Source of the DNA: the human T2T-CHM13v2.0 reference genome, Homo sapiens
Assembly: GCF_009914755.1 (NCBI RefSeq)
Contig: NC_060941.1
Direction: 5' to 3' (one strand)
DNA: 64,000 nt
Part shown: positions 63,963-64,000 of the stretch, piece by piece
How positions within the stretch are numbered: the stretch's first letter is position 1
Layout of the letters: each line of letters begins with the position of its first letter
Translations under genes and position numbers: made by a program
The notes under the pieces: generated by a model
The model's input: the letters and a program-made list of their open reading frames with translations, nothing else
What the model was told of the DNA's origin: nothing
Databases searched by the model: none

Positions 63963-64000
63963 TGAACTGCTGACCTCGTGATCCACCCGCCTCAGCCTCC

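Overview
Human genomic DNA (17q12-type locus). It holds the last two coding exons and 3' UTR of MRPL45 (+) and the complete 11-exon GPR179 gene (-). The GPR179 exon lengths sum to a 7104-nt CDS (2367 aa plus stop). After an ~8-kb repeat-rich divergent spacer come the CpG-island promoter and first seven coding exons of SOCS7 (+); the SOCS-box exons lie beyond the window. Repeats include dozens of Alus, a MER39-like solo LTR, a near full-length decayed Tigger2 followed by three more Tigger-family elements, and MER20, MER63-like, MIR, L2 and L1 fragments. Most interesting observations: (1) a ~112-aa higher-order repeat of three CPWE-type motifs in the GPR179 tail; (2) a GC-AG intron 4 in GPR179; (3) a start-codon and uORF arrangement in SOCS7 where a strong-context out-of-frame ORF stops on a UGAUG that overlaps the second in-frame AUG; (4) a cluster of Tigger transposons. 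No prokaryote-style novel system is present. Repeat family names are from recall of consensus sequences and were not checked by search.
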